DNA of 53,301 bases from Dicyema japonicum (taxonomy: Eukaryota; Animalia; Dicyemida). A model generated the notes under the pieces. It was not told the DNA's origin. It made no database searches and saw only the letters and a list, made by a program, of their open reading frames with translations. The DNA is taken from positions 773,222 through 826,522 of the forward strand of contig RDEW01000012.1 of NCBI GenBank assembly GCA_011109175.1, given 5' to 3'. A program made the position numbers and the translations under genes. This document shows positions 21,881 through 35,039 of the stretch, piece by piece. Numbering within the stretch: the stretch's first letter is position 1; every line of letters starts with the position of its first letter.

Positions 21881-22869
21881 AACCAAAGAGGAGAGGGAAA
21901 CTGGAGAAATATCCAAGTTTAGTAGTAGGACTAAATTACTATGCTCTCCAACTAACTCATAATTTTTTGTTACAAATAAAAATTTCATGGTATACATTAT
22001 AAAACGCTGTAGTTCAATGATTTTAGCAGGGATCCCATTTATACTGATTTTGGCAATAATCAAAGCTGGTCTTGGATTGGGATCGTCTGGAATATAAAAA
22101 AACTACATCACTCAGGCCTCAAGAAAAAGAGATAAGGGGATTATGGTTATTTTCCATATCTAATGTGAACGCCACCCTAACATTGGTGAGGCACATGATT
22201 TAATCCTATTTTTATAATTATCACAAAATTACAATCATTAAAGAGACTTTTTGGTGATAAAATGAAGACTATTTAGGATAAATTGACTTGTTATAAAAGT
22301 TGGCTGATCATGTACTCATTTGATCAATAAAATGTTTTATTATCGTGTAACTCTTACCAGTTAAGTGGTTAATTGGTCACAGTCTAAGAAAGAGATATTA
22401 TATGTTTTCCAGATATTCTTTCTTGTCTATCGAGCTGCCCTCTGTTCCAGACACTATTAAAATATCTAAAATCATACAGAAAGTTTGAACCAATGTCATG
22501 TCAGATGAGAATTAGAGAATTAGTTAATACTATAAATATATTATTATTATTCTCCACGTGGTAATCATTTAGTGGATTAACTTTATTTGTGCACTAGCTA
22601 TATAGGAAATTTCCATGATTACTACATTAATATAGACCTGCTGGCATAGTTGGTAATGTCTAGAATATTTGTAGGTTGAACTACTTTTTTCGTCAAAGTT
22701 CGAGTCCAGAGATGTATTCCTTTGAGGATTCCCAGGTCGTGAGGGTGGTACCGGCTGATTCACTAGTCCGCGATATTGACCGGGCAACATTGTCTTTGGA
22801 GACTATGAATTAGATTTCCTTGTTTTTTTCCTCTACCACTGCAAGCCTAGGAAATCTATTCAGTGGGAA

Positions 22870-23790
22870 TCTTTCTCTTTTTTCCCTCTCAAGAGTCCTT
22901 ATCATAGAAACCAAAGGGTTTCTCTTTGGAATGTGTTTGCTGCCACGCTAATGGATGGAGAAGTCCGGTCAGCAGTTATGACATTGTCTTTAACCGAGAC
23001 CGTCCTCTTGGTCACTGCTGAAGTCATTTCAACTTTGAAGAATAAACATTCTCTCTCTTTCGATCTGAGAGAATTTTCAATGCCATTGTACTGCCCCCTC
23101 CTCGTTTTATTTACTGAATCTTGGCTATGATCAAATCTTCTCACCAGGAGAAGCGGGGGTTTGGATGATTTACGCCATGAGCATATCAGAAAACTTTCGT
23201 CATTTTTAACTTTTGAGGCGGGAGCACACCTTGTATCATCGTTTACCAAACTCACAGACCTGTTTGCATCATTCTCATCTTCGCTCGTGAATTCTTTTTT
23301 CAGCCTTTTAGCCTTATTGTTTCCCTTCTCAAAGCCCGAAGGTCATGTTGCGAACCTTGCATACGGTGCTCCAACTCATCTCGTTATTGGTGATGGACAT
23401 ATTAACTTATCGACTGGGATCCAACAAGGTGATCCTCTTGGTCCACTTCTTTTTAGTATAGCAGTTGAAGAAGTTGCCCGTGCATGTGACATGGCTTACA
23501 ATTGTTGGTATTTAGACGATGATACCATCGGCGGATTAACTGAATTGGCTATGAAAAGTCTTTCCTCATCCGTTTCGTTGTGGATTCGTTGAGGAGAGAA
23601 AGGGTTTCATTAACTCTCTTGCCGTCTCAGGAGTATCCGGTTCTCTGAGGTATTTCGCCATTGTGAAGCGTTTTGGTGAATAAACATTCTCCCTCTCCGA
23701 AACGAACGTCAAGAAACCGAGTAGCTGTTCCACAGGATTTCTCTGGCAGTTGTGAGAGAAGCAATCACTCAATTATATCAGCTAGATTAT
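22870..23790 (+). mobile_element. CRE-like element, internally deleted RT region
   Basis: GEVRSAV...RSGGLDDLRHEH; GIQQGDPLGPLLF; WYLDD. Confidence 0.8.
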
Positions 23791-24004
23791 TTTGATTGTT
23801 TTGTTACGTAATAAATTGCTATCATTGAAAAAATTAAATATTTGTCTTGTGACTCGTTGTGTAACAACAACAATAATGATTTATTAAAGAAAGAGTTAAG
23901 AAGTTTTCTGGAGGGTATTACATCTGAGTCCTACCATAAGGTTTCTCCACACCTGGACCCTTCCGCCTTTTTTTAATTTTTTTCAAGACGTTTCTCTCAG
24001 CTTT

Positions 24005-26600
24005 ATATATGTGCAAATGTGTCGGTGCAGGTAACGTCCCAGACAAGAGGTTTCCCGGCTTCAAAAGGGAAGATTGTCATCCCATCTGGTCGTTTCCCGT
24101 CCCGCCTGCAAAGACCGACAGGTTCGAGCATGGAGGAGTGTCCGGCGGCGTCCAAAGCTCGCCTAACGACTTAGTTCAAGGCCATTTTTTTCTGGGAAAT
24201 CTTCCTGCAGTAGAGAGGGTGTAAGCCAAAGCTGTCGATCTGGTCTCCGCATCGGGACGGATGTGGAACACATACTTTTAATCCCAGTCGAAATGAGATC
24301 CCAATTCGGACGCATTCATCATCCAGGACGGTGCCCAGAACTCCATTGGGAATGGCGTTGAGAAGACGCCCCCCGACAACAAACAGACACGGGAATGATG
24401 ACACTAGCAAATCTTTGAAAAAATTCCACCATATAGCATCGTCCAGCCCCGCTGAGAGAACCAGGAAGGAAGGGAAAACTGATCAGTGCGGCTCCAGGCC
24501 TCACGAGCATGGTCGGCGTCCTTGTCAATAGAGAATTCAGCTAGAGAGTGTAGAATCCTCTTTACATGTGAGTTACAGGCCACTAGCGATAATAGGTATG
24601 AAGGGAGAGAAAAGTCCACAGGGTTCCGAATTCCAAATCTTCCGAGTCTCACTGGCAGCGTGGCTTGCTTCCATGAGTAATCCTCGAACCGGAAGTTAAA
24701 GATACGTTCCGCTGTCGTATGGAAGATCATACAGGGTTAAATAGGGAGCAGTCTTCAGGACGAATACAAGCCTTTGTATGTTGTTACTGTTTTTCAGGAG
24801 GAATAATGCTGTATGAATGTCAAATAGACACAAGCGGTTCATATTCTTTCCGAGTAACAGTAGTTTCACTCGTCACTCGGTTTGACGAGTGACACCGTCA
24901 TCAGTGGATACTCACTGCGGAACTGGATTTTCTAGAAAGGACTCAAACACAAGAAAAAGAAGTGAAGATCATTCTTTGGTTCTACGATTAGTTAGAATTA
25001 ACTATTCTTTATTTAAATAAAGTGTGTGTCCTGCCTATGCGGAGCTATAAATATTATGGCTCTCGTGAAAAGGCTGTTATTATTATTAACAGTCGTTTTT
25101 TACGTATAGCTCTTCCCATTGCATTTATGGTGATTGGGGATCCGAGGAATATAAGTTTTTCATCGGGAGTGGAAATACTTCCAGGCAGTAAATTTCCGAA
25201 ACATGACAAAGCTTTTGAATACTTCTCTTCTGAAAGTCCGCAACTGTAGATTTCGCATTTAGTGTAATTTAATTCCAGTCCTGCTTCCAACAGTGCTGGA
25301 ATTATCACTTCCAAATCCCAGAAAATAGTATCCGGGGGTCCTCCGAGGACCGCATCAACCAGATGCCATATGTTGATGGGCGAGCACAGAGGTTTGGTGA
25401 TTTTCTCTATTGCAAGACAAACAATAGGAGTCCAAGGAGATCTCCCTGCTGGACTCCAAAATAGGAATGGATTAAGTAGTCCACGAAAAGTAAGGATGAA
25501 GGTAGGCTGTATGACTGATTCACAAATTCGAAAATATTAGGACATCTCTCAACACACGCCTCCAGGATATTGTCTCTCCTTAGACTATTGAAGGCAAACT
25601 TAATGTCCAGTTTTACCAGGACATGTCTCCGGGAATCTTCTATACTGCGGTTTATGAATGTCCTTACTGAATGGACAGCGGCCTCGCATCCCAAGCGAAT
25701 ACCGACGCCTACTTGAGGGGGATTCAATAATTTTGTAACGAGTGGAATATAATGTCTGGAAGCGACTTTAGCAGCCAGTCTTCTGAAGACAAACTCGACC
25801 GCAACTAGTCGCACTCCGCTTTCCTTCTTATCAAAGGCTATCAAATTGGCTGAGAACAGGATATAGCGGATAACTTCGGGAAGAATTCGAGACATGATCC
25901 GATTCATAAGTGAAATAATTGAATTCGTTAGGCGAAGTCATGGTTTCCTACGGACAAAGAGGTTAGATCCTTCAGGTAGCCAGGTCTCATTCCGTCGAGC
26001 CCGCCACTGCTACTAGGGACAAAATTACGACTTGCGAGGAGAACTTCATCGTTTGATGCAATCAGAGGACTCACTCCGGATGGGGGAACGACTTGACGTA
26101 CGTTTTGGGGTGCCAGTGGATGCTTGTTCAGTAAAATATTGTAGGCGTCTAGAGTCGGTTTTCGTCGTCCAGTCAAGGAAAGTGCCCTGATGGCTGCGCG
26201 GGTGCCACCTTGGATTAACTTCAACCGGACAGTTCTCTTGAGACGGATCACTTAGACTTTCTCGTTATGACCACGTATCTCCCTCGTGCGGTTAGAAGCC
26301 ATGGGACAACTTGGGATGTAAATACCTCCCAAAAAAGGCGTGGGAAACCTCCCCAAATAGGCTGAGACATGGCTGGCAGTGCCATACTCCAAACACGCTC
26401 GCTGTGGCTTGGTATGACTTGATACACCCGAGGTGGAAGAAATCTCCACAAGCAAAGCAGGAAATCCCACGCTTCCGAGTTCTGACAAGCCGACAGGACG
26501 AACACATCTCAATTGACTTGGCTGGTACCTTTTCTTCGAAGTGCGAACATTCTTTTCAGGTGCTTTTCTCACAACAGGCATAATCACAACAACGAACTTC
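24005..26600 (-). mobile_element. Near-full-length CRE-like RLE retrotransposon with N-terminal PHD finger (decayed, split by a SINE)
   Basis: PHD C4HC3 at 26367-26504; SSGGLDGMRP; VKLDIKFAFNS; GVQQGD; FLGSPI; WKQATLPVRLG; zinc knuckle; DGKRPDG...WDVTC RLE. Reads on continuously across the SINE. Confidence 0.9.
24867..25086 (+). mobile_element. 5'-truncated SINE copy
   Basis: Homologous to about 44195-44450; TSD TAACAGT(A/C)GTTT at 24855-24866 and 25087-25098; (TTA)n tail. Confidence 0.7.
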
Positions 26601-27049
26601 CATGCTAAAGAACAGAAAAATCTTTAAAAAAGCAATATATAGTGAGTTTATAAGAAAGATGGGAAATCGCATCCAATCATGTACTGCGTTAGTCCGGAGG
26701 ACATATAATGAGTTTATAAGAAAGATGGGAAATCATTATAACTCATATGTCCTTATCGAATCATCATATAAAACATTCAAGTTCATCTTTAATGTATGCC
26801 ATGATCCGAAATTGGCAATATTATGTTACTTTCCGGATTGACCAAAATGTTTCAAAATGGCCACTAAAGAAAGTACAAGCAACGCTTAAGAAAAACGTGT
26901 ATTAAAAAACTTATATTCCACTAAAGAAAGTACAAGCAAGATTTAAATATTAAATCAAATAATTTATTAAAATAATTAATATTTTTACTAATTCATTCAT
27001 TTTTGGTTCAATAAAATTAAATTAATCTCATTCCTTAGGAAAACTCTAG

Positions 27050-27650
27050 CCAATGCTGCGTTATATAAACTGAAGAATTTATGGCTCAATCAAAATGGCA
27101 TCGACACGAAAATGAGAATCCTATTATACGACTCATTCATAAAACCCGTACTTTTATATAACGCTAGAACTTGGGCGACCTTATCAGCGGATATGGAAAA
27201 ACTAGACTCGTTCCACAGAGGTCAGCTGAGAAAAATAACAGGAAATACTTGGCCTGCGAGAATATCGAGGAACGCTTTATACAAGAGATGCAGCACTAGA
27301 CCTATCAGCTGAGAAGTACTGGAATCCCGATGGAGGCTCTTCGGACACGTGCTGAGGATGGAATTACATCCCCACCGAACATATCTATGGAAACATACTA
27401 TGTTAGTCAAGAAGGCCGCTATCGTGGAAGACCAAGAACAACACTGCCAATAGTCTTACAAAAAGACCTGGTCAAAATCAAAAAAAAATCTAATAAATGC
27501 CGACGACCTGGACAGCATGAGAGCCTTAGCTATGAACAGGGGAGCATGGAAAAGGATGACATCTAACCTTGTTTCTTTTGCTGCACATGCAGCAATTGGA
27601 TCTCGTGAAGTGCTTATAATTAATATGGCTCTCGTGAAGTGCTTAAATAC
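27050..27650 (+). mobile_element. RTE-like LINE 3' fragment
   Basis: YDSFIKPVLLYNARTW; FHRGQLRKI; RWRLFGHVLRM; RGRPRTTLP. Confidence 0.8.
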
Positions 27651-27759
27651 TAATCTCATTCCTTGAAATTTCAACAGAGGAGGATTATGTTTAAAGAGAT
27701 ATGAACAAGTTGATAAAATTATATACTAAAATTTCACACAAAGAGCACATGAAGTCTGA

Positions 27760-29075
27760 TACACTACCATCACTTAGGAAACTAGAGACTATCAGAACCA
27801 CTCTTTTTTCGGAGAGAGGTGAGGGATACAATACATTTCGCAAAAACGACATACTCTCGTGGACCAGACAACATTCCTGTTACTTTATTAAAAAATCTTC
27901 GAGACAGGGGAGTCATTTTTCTAACGTCGATTTTCAACTACTCGATTAACCAGAATGTGATACCATTATTATGGAAACAGGCACTAATACGGCCAATACT
28001 AAAACCAAAAAGACTGAGAGATGACCCAGCATTTTTTGACCAGTGTCACTACTATGTTCCATGTCAAAAATCCTGGAGAGGCTTGTGCTCGGGAGAATAA
28101 GAGGCTTTTTCAAAATGGATTCAAAAATGAGAGATCCACATTTACATAACTAAAAACATTCACCGACTTTATTCGAGTCGAATTCACAACCAAGCCGAGA
28201 CACTTTAAGACAATGCTCTGCTCGATTGACATACATAAAGCTTTTGACTCAGTCTCGAGGAAGATTTTATCGAGAAAAATATTTCAATCGGAGATCCCAG
28301 GGAAGCTAAAGTTTTTGATCACCAACTTCCTAAGGAAACGTGTTTGCCTCGGAGGTCTGAAATTAATCTCACGGCTCCTCCTCAACGGAGTCCCTCAAGG
28401 ATCTGTTTTATCCCCTGCTATTTTTAACCTCTTTCTGGCTGATCTCCCGAATCTTGAATTAATTAATGATGTTCTACTTTCTTATGCGGATGATATTGTG
28501 TTGGCTTCGCGAGATCAGGACATCCAGAAGGCCACAGAGAGAATACAAATTAATCTTGACTGGCTTAATGCCTGGATTATGAAAAACCGGCTCGTGGTGA
28601 ATGCAGAAAAGTCGTCTACGTTACTATTTACTTCTGACAAAAAATTGGGAAGAAACACAGTCACCTTGAAGTTAAACAAGGTCGGCATCCCTTTCAACAG
28701 ATGTCAAAGGATCTTGGTTGTGACAATTGATATGCATCTCTTATAACACCTCACGTAGAAAACATTCTATTGAAATGCGAAAAGAAACTGAACGTATTGA
28801 ATAGTTTATCAGGAATATGGAAGAATGGTACTCACCCAGTCTTGATGAACGTGTACAGACAGTACATCGAGCCATGTTTCTCATATGCATGTATAAGACT
28901 AGACTCCAGATCACGGGAAAGTGGCCCTGAAAATTCAGGCAGCCGTCCTGTACGTTCATGCGCGGGCACGAACGAGGAACATCAGGAAAAGATGAGGTCT
29001 CTGTTAGAATGCATCGCGATCACGTGATAATTAGTTTGGTTTTACCGTGGTCTTGGGTTAAAAATAAAATAAATC
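27760..29075 (+). mobile_element. Ingi/Vingi-like LINE RT fragment
   Basis: IDIHKAFDSV; NGVPQGSVLSPAIFNLF; SYADD; YRQYIEPCFSYA. Confidence 0.8.
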
Positions 29076-29229
29076 TCATTTCCTTGGTCTTTGGAATAAT
29101 TTTAATTTAATTTATCTCATTCGACAAGGATGCTACAGACTTAGAACTGGATGTTCATGAAATGCCTTTACAGATTTGGGATTCCGGAGGCTTTGGAGAA
29201 AAGTCTTTTCCAGAAATCCACTTTTCCAT

Positions 29230-30920
29230 AATTTTGAATTTTTTTCTAATTAGCTTCTTTTTGTGAAGATAGGTTGAGGTGTTGACGTACCTCTCTTGCA
29301 CAAGATCTCTTTTTCATGCATTCAATCTTCCTTGTTCACCATTGGATCATCCAATGTGAGAGGACTAGCATCATACGTAAAACGACAACACTTATGTGCG
29401 GACCTCCAACGATATGGAATATCTGTATGCTGTCTCCAGGAAACTAAAGTCTCCAATGGTCTGGATGAAACAATGAACGGGCATCGACTGCTCCTGTTGC
29501 CGTCAGACTGCCGACATTATGGGATGGGGTTCGCTATACGCGTGGACACAGCTGTGATGGATCATAGAGCATGGAGTATCAACGACAGGATTGCCATCCT
29601 CCAACTACGCCTCGGAAACAACCGTAATACTACTCTGTCGATTATCAATGTATGTGCACCCACCACAGTTAGGGTATCCGTTAAAACAGAGGAACTTGAC
29701 AATTTCTACTCGTCTTTATCATCGGATTACTCTTCCGTGTCAAGCTCCTTCATACTTTTTATAGCGGGAGACTGGAATTCAAAAGTGGGGGAAAAGCGGG
29801 AAGAATCAAATTGCTTGGCCAGCCACTCTCGAGGGATCAGAAATCTGTCCGGGGAGACCCTTATACACTTCTACGAGTCATTTAAACTGTTCCTTTGAAA
29901 CACGGGTTTCCGACATGCAGCGAGACATGTTACGACGTGGACAGGGCAGAGGAGAGACTCCTGTGATATTCGCGTCAATATATTTAACCAAATCGAAAAC
30001 ACAGAGGAGGATACTCACGGACTCCTGTACGTACAATGGCATAATGACCTCGAATGATCACAGGCTACTATAAAGCGTATCATTCTAAAGCGACGCTTTG
30101 GAATCGACGGAGCACTGGTAGCTCGTACGCGGAGCAGGACCTTGGCTCTGGAGGCTCTACGTGCTTCCGACAATACCCGTAAAAATACGGCGATAAAATA
30201 TCGACCTGTTGGAAATGTCGACACGAATATGTCACCCGGGCTGCTATAGAAGAATATTTCTATCAGAGTCAGTCTGGCAGCTGGAAATCGTCCAGGAGGT
30301 TCAAGGGAACTTTTGACAAAAAAATAGAACTGTCAAAAAACCAAAGTAAATTCAAACTTTTAATCGAGTCGTCAAACTCGACAAGTCTCACTGACTCTTT
30401 TAAACGAGAACGTAACTGAATCAAATAAAAATAAAGAGAAGATTAAGGGAGCTAACTTGGCATACACTGGATAACTTGAAACATGGTGCAAGAATGTTTG
30501 CTGCGGTTAAACAATTATCCCGCAATACCGGAAAGAATCACAGTCCTTGATGATACAGGAAAAGTAATAATCAACGGACAGGAATCAGCAAATAAAATTG
30601 CCGCTTTCTACAATAGCGACTATATCTCAATGAACACATTTGGAATTGTTCGAAGGAATTCCCAGAGACTTGAATCAGAGTATCACGCATTACGGAGTCG
30701 TTTCAGCCTTGGGTAAGCTCAAGAATGGCAGAGCCCCTGGACTGGACAACGTGAATGCAGAATTATTGAAATATGCGCCAGACAGGGTGGCTGAGTTAAT
30801 CTGCACAGTCCTGAACAGAACGTACAAATGTCACAGTCCATTTGATGCGGGAATGGCACTTTGATCCCAATTCACAAACCTGGAAAGGAAAGAGGCAATC
30901 TAAACAGCCTACGCCCGATT
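29230..30920 (+). mobile_element. RTE-like LINE, APE domain to start of RT
   Basis: SNVRGL, CCLQETK, AGDWNSKVG, NQI; LKNGRAPGLDNVNAELLKY; LRPIT. Confidence 0.8.
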
Positions 30921-30929
30921 ACAATAATT

Positions 30930-33770
30930 TTTATTTATTTATTAAAACCAAAAATCATCGACAAATAAATAACTACATAGCCGTCAGGTGATTCCGGCAG
31001 CCTCGACTAGCCATCTCATTTTTGCTCGGTGTTCCTCCCGAGTTCCAACGCATTTCCGGATTGGGCGGGGGTTTCTGACTTTTTAAGGCGTAGTAGGGCT
31101 CCGGATTTCCTCACTAATTTCTCAAATGGTATAGGGTTTAGAGGTGTCTCGGAAAATTTTTGCAGAGCCTTACTTGCCATTTTTTGGAATGTATTGATTT
31201 TTTCCATATTCTCGTTTGATAGGTTGGCTCCCCATAGCACACCCGTATGTTAAAGACGGTTGAATATACTGCACGTAGAGCGAGTCCAAGTTTGAGTTGA
31301 AACACCACTTATATTGTCCAAGGAGTGTTTTAACAAAATTTAGCTTTTGTTGTGCCGAGATGACGTTGTCGATATGTTTGCTGAAGGTCAAAAGTGAGTC
31401 GTAAGTTACGCCCAGTATCTTGACCGAGTTGGTCACGGGGATTGAGTTTCCATTTATGGTCACACATAGAGCGGAGTTTGTTAATCTTCTGTTTGTTGTG
31501 AAAATTGTTGTATAAGACTTTTCGAGTCCTGTATGTAGAATGTTCTTAACGAGCCAACAGTTCAGATCGTCCAATGTAGCTTGTATCCGGTATACAGCAG
31601 TATGAACCCACTGATCTTTGACTGCGACGATTATATCATCTGCATATGTCAGAACCAGAGTATCGTCACTGGTAAGGGAGGGCATATCATTTAGGAATAG
31701 GTTGAACAGGTGTGCTGACAGTGGAGATCCTTGAGGGACCCCATTTGGAAACAACTTGGTCATTGACCTAGTTTTTCGAGTAGTTACTATTCCTCCTCTT
31801 CCATTTAGGAAATTAGCAATCCAGATTTTCAGGTTGTTTGGGATTTTTGACGTAAAGATTTTTTTTATCAAAAGCTTTCTTGTCAAAAGTGTCGAAAGCT
31901 TTTTCTATATCGATGGAGCATAACAATGACTTCTGATGAGATTTGCGTTTTAGGCTATCCTTGAGAAATTTGTAAGGCATGTAAGATGCGTTTCTGTGGA
32001 GTTCCCTTTTCTGAATCCGTGTTGAAAAAGTGCATCAGGAAGGTATGGTTTGATTAGTTCAAGAATCAGCTTTTCCAAAAGTTTTGATGTAACACATAGG
32101 AGAGATATTGGTCTGTATGAAACTGGTGATCCCTTTGGTCTCCCAGGTTTTAGAATAGGTCCTATGTTTGATATCTTCCATATGGAATAAATACAATTTT
32201 CGATAATTGAAAAGTTGAAAATTTTGATGAGGGCTATGTTTTTCAGAACTATTGCAGGGATTACGTCTGGACCGCAGTAATAAGTCGAATTTTGACCCTT
32301 AACCATCTTCTGCACGTTCTCCACATAGAGGACAACCGGTTAGGTAGTTTTTTTAGGTGTGAGAGCTAGGATGAATGGACCTTTGAATTTCTTGTGAGGG
32401 ATGAAACTCGTGGAGGAGTAGTACTTCATAAGTTTGTTTAGGAAGATCTTGTTATCCATTTCTTCACGTGCGGCAGGGTTGTCAGCGGTAATAAAGCTTC
32501 TAAGTGTTTTCCACATTTTTGTAAAGGAGTTCTGCTTGTTTAGATTGGACCTGAGGTTTTTCCAAACTTTCTCTTGTTTCTTTGCATTGTTCCTGATCTC
32601 TCTTTCTAATGTACGAATTCTCAATCTTGTTTCCCAGGATTGTTTTTGGAGGCTTTTTAGGTAATTTCTTTCTTTTATGAGTGGATCGGCTGTGGAAGAA
32701 GGCATCTTTCTTGAGATCAGTGGCCTTCTTTTAATACAAATTTTCATTCCCGCGCGTACCACTCTTAAAAAATAGTGTAGTGCTTTATCGATGTTGAAAT
32801 TGGATAAATGAAAGTCAAGTAGATAATAGTCGACAAAATTTGAGAACTTTTCCCTGTCGACATTTTTGTAGTCGGTAAATAAAACAGGTTTCTTTACAAT
32901 CGACACTCTTCCTTCAAACGTAATCATAACGAGATTATGGTCATTGCTGGTCTCGTATAGCACTGTCCATTTAGTTAATGTTGCGATGTTTGGTGAGGCA
33001 AGAGTGAGATCGGGGTCCTGTCATTCGCTCTGTAGGGAAAATAGGGCTGTTTAATATTACCATGTCATCCAGATTTGAGAAAAATTGGTTTCCTCTGACA
33101 TCGCATGGTTGGTTCTTGAACCATGTCGAATGCTTTGCGTTTAGGTTTTTGATTTGTCGACTTCTGACAGGGAGAAACTGAATTCCTTGGGGTGTGAGTT
33201 AGGTGGAGGTACATACACATTCAATATGTTTGTGTTTCCGATACTTGTTATAACTGAAATACCAGTATATTCGACGGGAGACATGAGGTTGACAAAAGTT
33301 TCGTTTGCGTACGGAATTTCTTTTTTGATAAGGGTAAGAAGTCCATCACCCCGCCCAGCTGGGCGGTCACGCCTGATGACGTGATAGATTGGGAAGACGG
33401 AAGTGGAAGAAGACGGAGTTAGTCTTGTTTCTTGGAGTAGGCAAATGTCAGTATTATACTTTTTTAATAGGTTTCTGATTTGGAGGATTTTCCCCTTCAC
33501 TCCATTTATGTTTAGTTGAATCAAAAAAGGGGTTTTGGAGGTCCAGGATTAGGGTTTACATCGCCGGAAAGCATTAGGTGGGCTTCCATCAAGACAGGAG
33601 AGAGAGGCCAGTGGGGCGACCGTCCAAGAAGAACATTCCTCTTGGATTGGACGTAGTGCATGGTTCTTTTGTTTGGGATATATAGTCCACAATTTACGTT
33701 ACCAAAAACGGCGAACCACATGACGAAGATATTAAGCCCAATGAATAAGGAAAATATTCTCCCTTGTTGT
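30930..33770 (-). mobile_element. Ingi/Vingi-like LINE, nearly full ORF (2A-like motif, APE, RT), frameshifted
   Basis: LMLSGDVNPNPGP; LNINGVKGK...LLQETRL; YRPISLL; NGVPQGSPLS; TYADD; ILGVTYD. Confidence 0.88.
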
Positions 33771-34980
33771 GCTGGATCGTATTTCAGGCCCTGTAAATGA
33801 GTTCTTGAACCCAAGTCAAAGTGGATTCAGACCTGGAAGGTCGACGGCAGACGTTGTATGGAGCCACATGTGGATATGTGCAATGTGTCAGGAACACAAA
33901 GAAGAAATCTCAATCCTTGGAATTGATTTATCCCATGCTTTCGACACTATCAATCGTAAAAAGCTAATGAACGTATTGGAGAGTATTCTAGAAGAGGATG
34001 TATCACGAATGATCAGATTTTTACTCTCCAACACATCGCTATCAGTGCTCGTGGGAAATTACAACTCAACAAGATTTAAAAACGACACTGGCGCACCACA
34101 GGGAGACTCGTTATCCCTGTCCTATTCATAATATACCTGGAGGCAGCTCTAAGACCTCTCCGGTAAAAGAATTGTTTCTCTAACGTGATGGAAGTAATAT
34201 ACGTCGATGATATTGATTTCGTCTGCCGGGATAGGGATACGCTAGAAACTATACTAAAAGTGATCCTTCAAGGCCTGGAGGACTGATCCCTGGTAGTAAA
34301 CCCATACAAAACGGAAAAAAACTAGCAGATACTGGTGCACAACCAGAAACGAAAAAAAGTGGAGAACATGCAAGAAAGTTGGATCTCTACTCGGGGACTC
34401 GGAGGACGTTATTCACAGGAAAGTTCTGGCGGTTGCTTCTTATAAACAATTGTGGGCGATCTGGATGCGACGAAAGTACATAGGCACTCGCCTTCGAATT
34501 CGATTGTAAAACTCCTTTATCGAACCAATTCTACTCTATAACACGGGAACCTGGGACCTAACCACCAAAGAACTGGAAAACTTAAACTCTTTCCACATAA
34601 AACAACTGCTACTTCTTCTGGGAGTCTACTGACCAAACCGGATGACCAACAACGAGCTATATAGAATTGGGAATAAAGTTACTTGGGCGAAATGGCAGTT
34701 CTTTGGACATATTCTAAAAGTTTCGGTACTGGCACCGGCCAAACAGGCCATGGAATCATATTTTTCTGTAACAAAGCAAAGTATCGAGGTCGACAAAGAA
34801 CTCTCTTTGATAGGAAGAAGACTGAAAACAGCAGAGGATCTGGATGATCTAAGGGCGGATGCGAGAAACAGGGGAGGATAGAAACGACTCACAGCGCATA
34901 TCCAGAGATGCATGGCAAAAGTAGAATCTCAAATTAGTTAACTTTTCTGGGTCTGCGGATATTGCTGTTAATAATAATAA
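33770..34980 (+). mobile_element. RTE-like LINE, RT to 3' end
   Basis: SQSGFRPGRSTAD; GIDLSHAFDT; GAPQGDSLS; YVDD; WQFFGHIL; (TAA)n tail near 34970-34980. Confidence 0.85.
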
Positions 34981-35039
34981 TTGTGAAGATAAACAAAGTA
35001 ACAAACACAAGAGACAACGAAACCCGATATCTCCCACCG

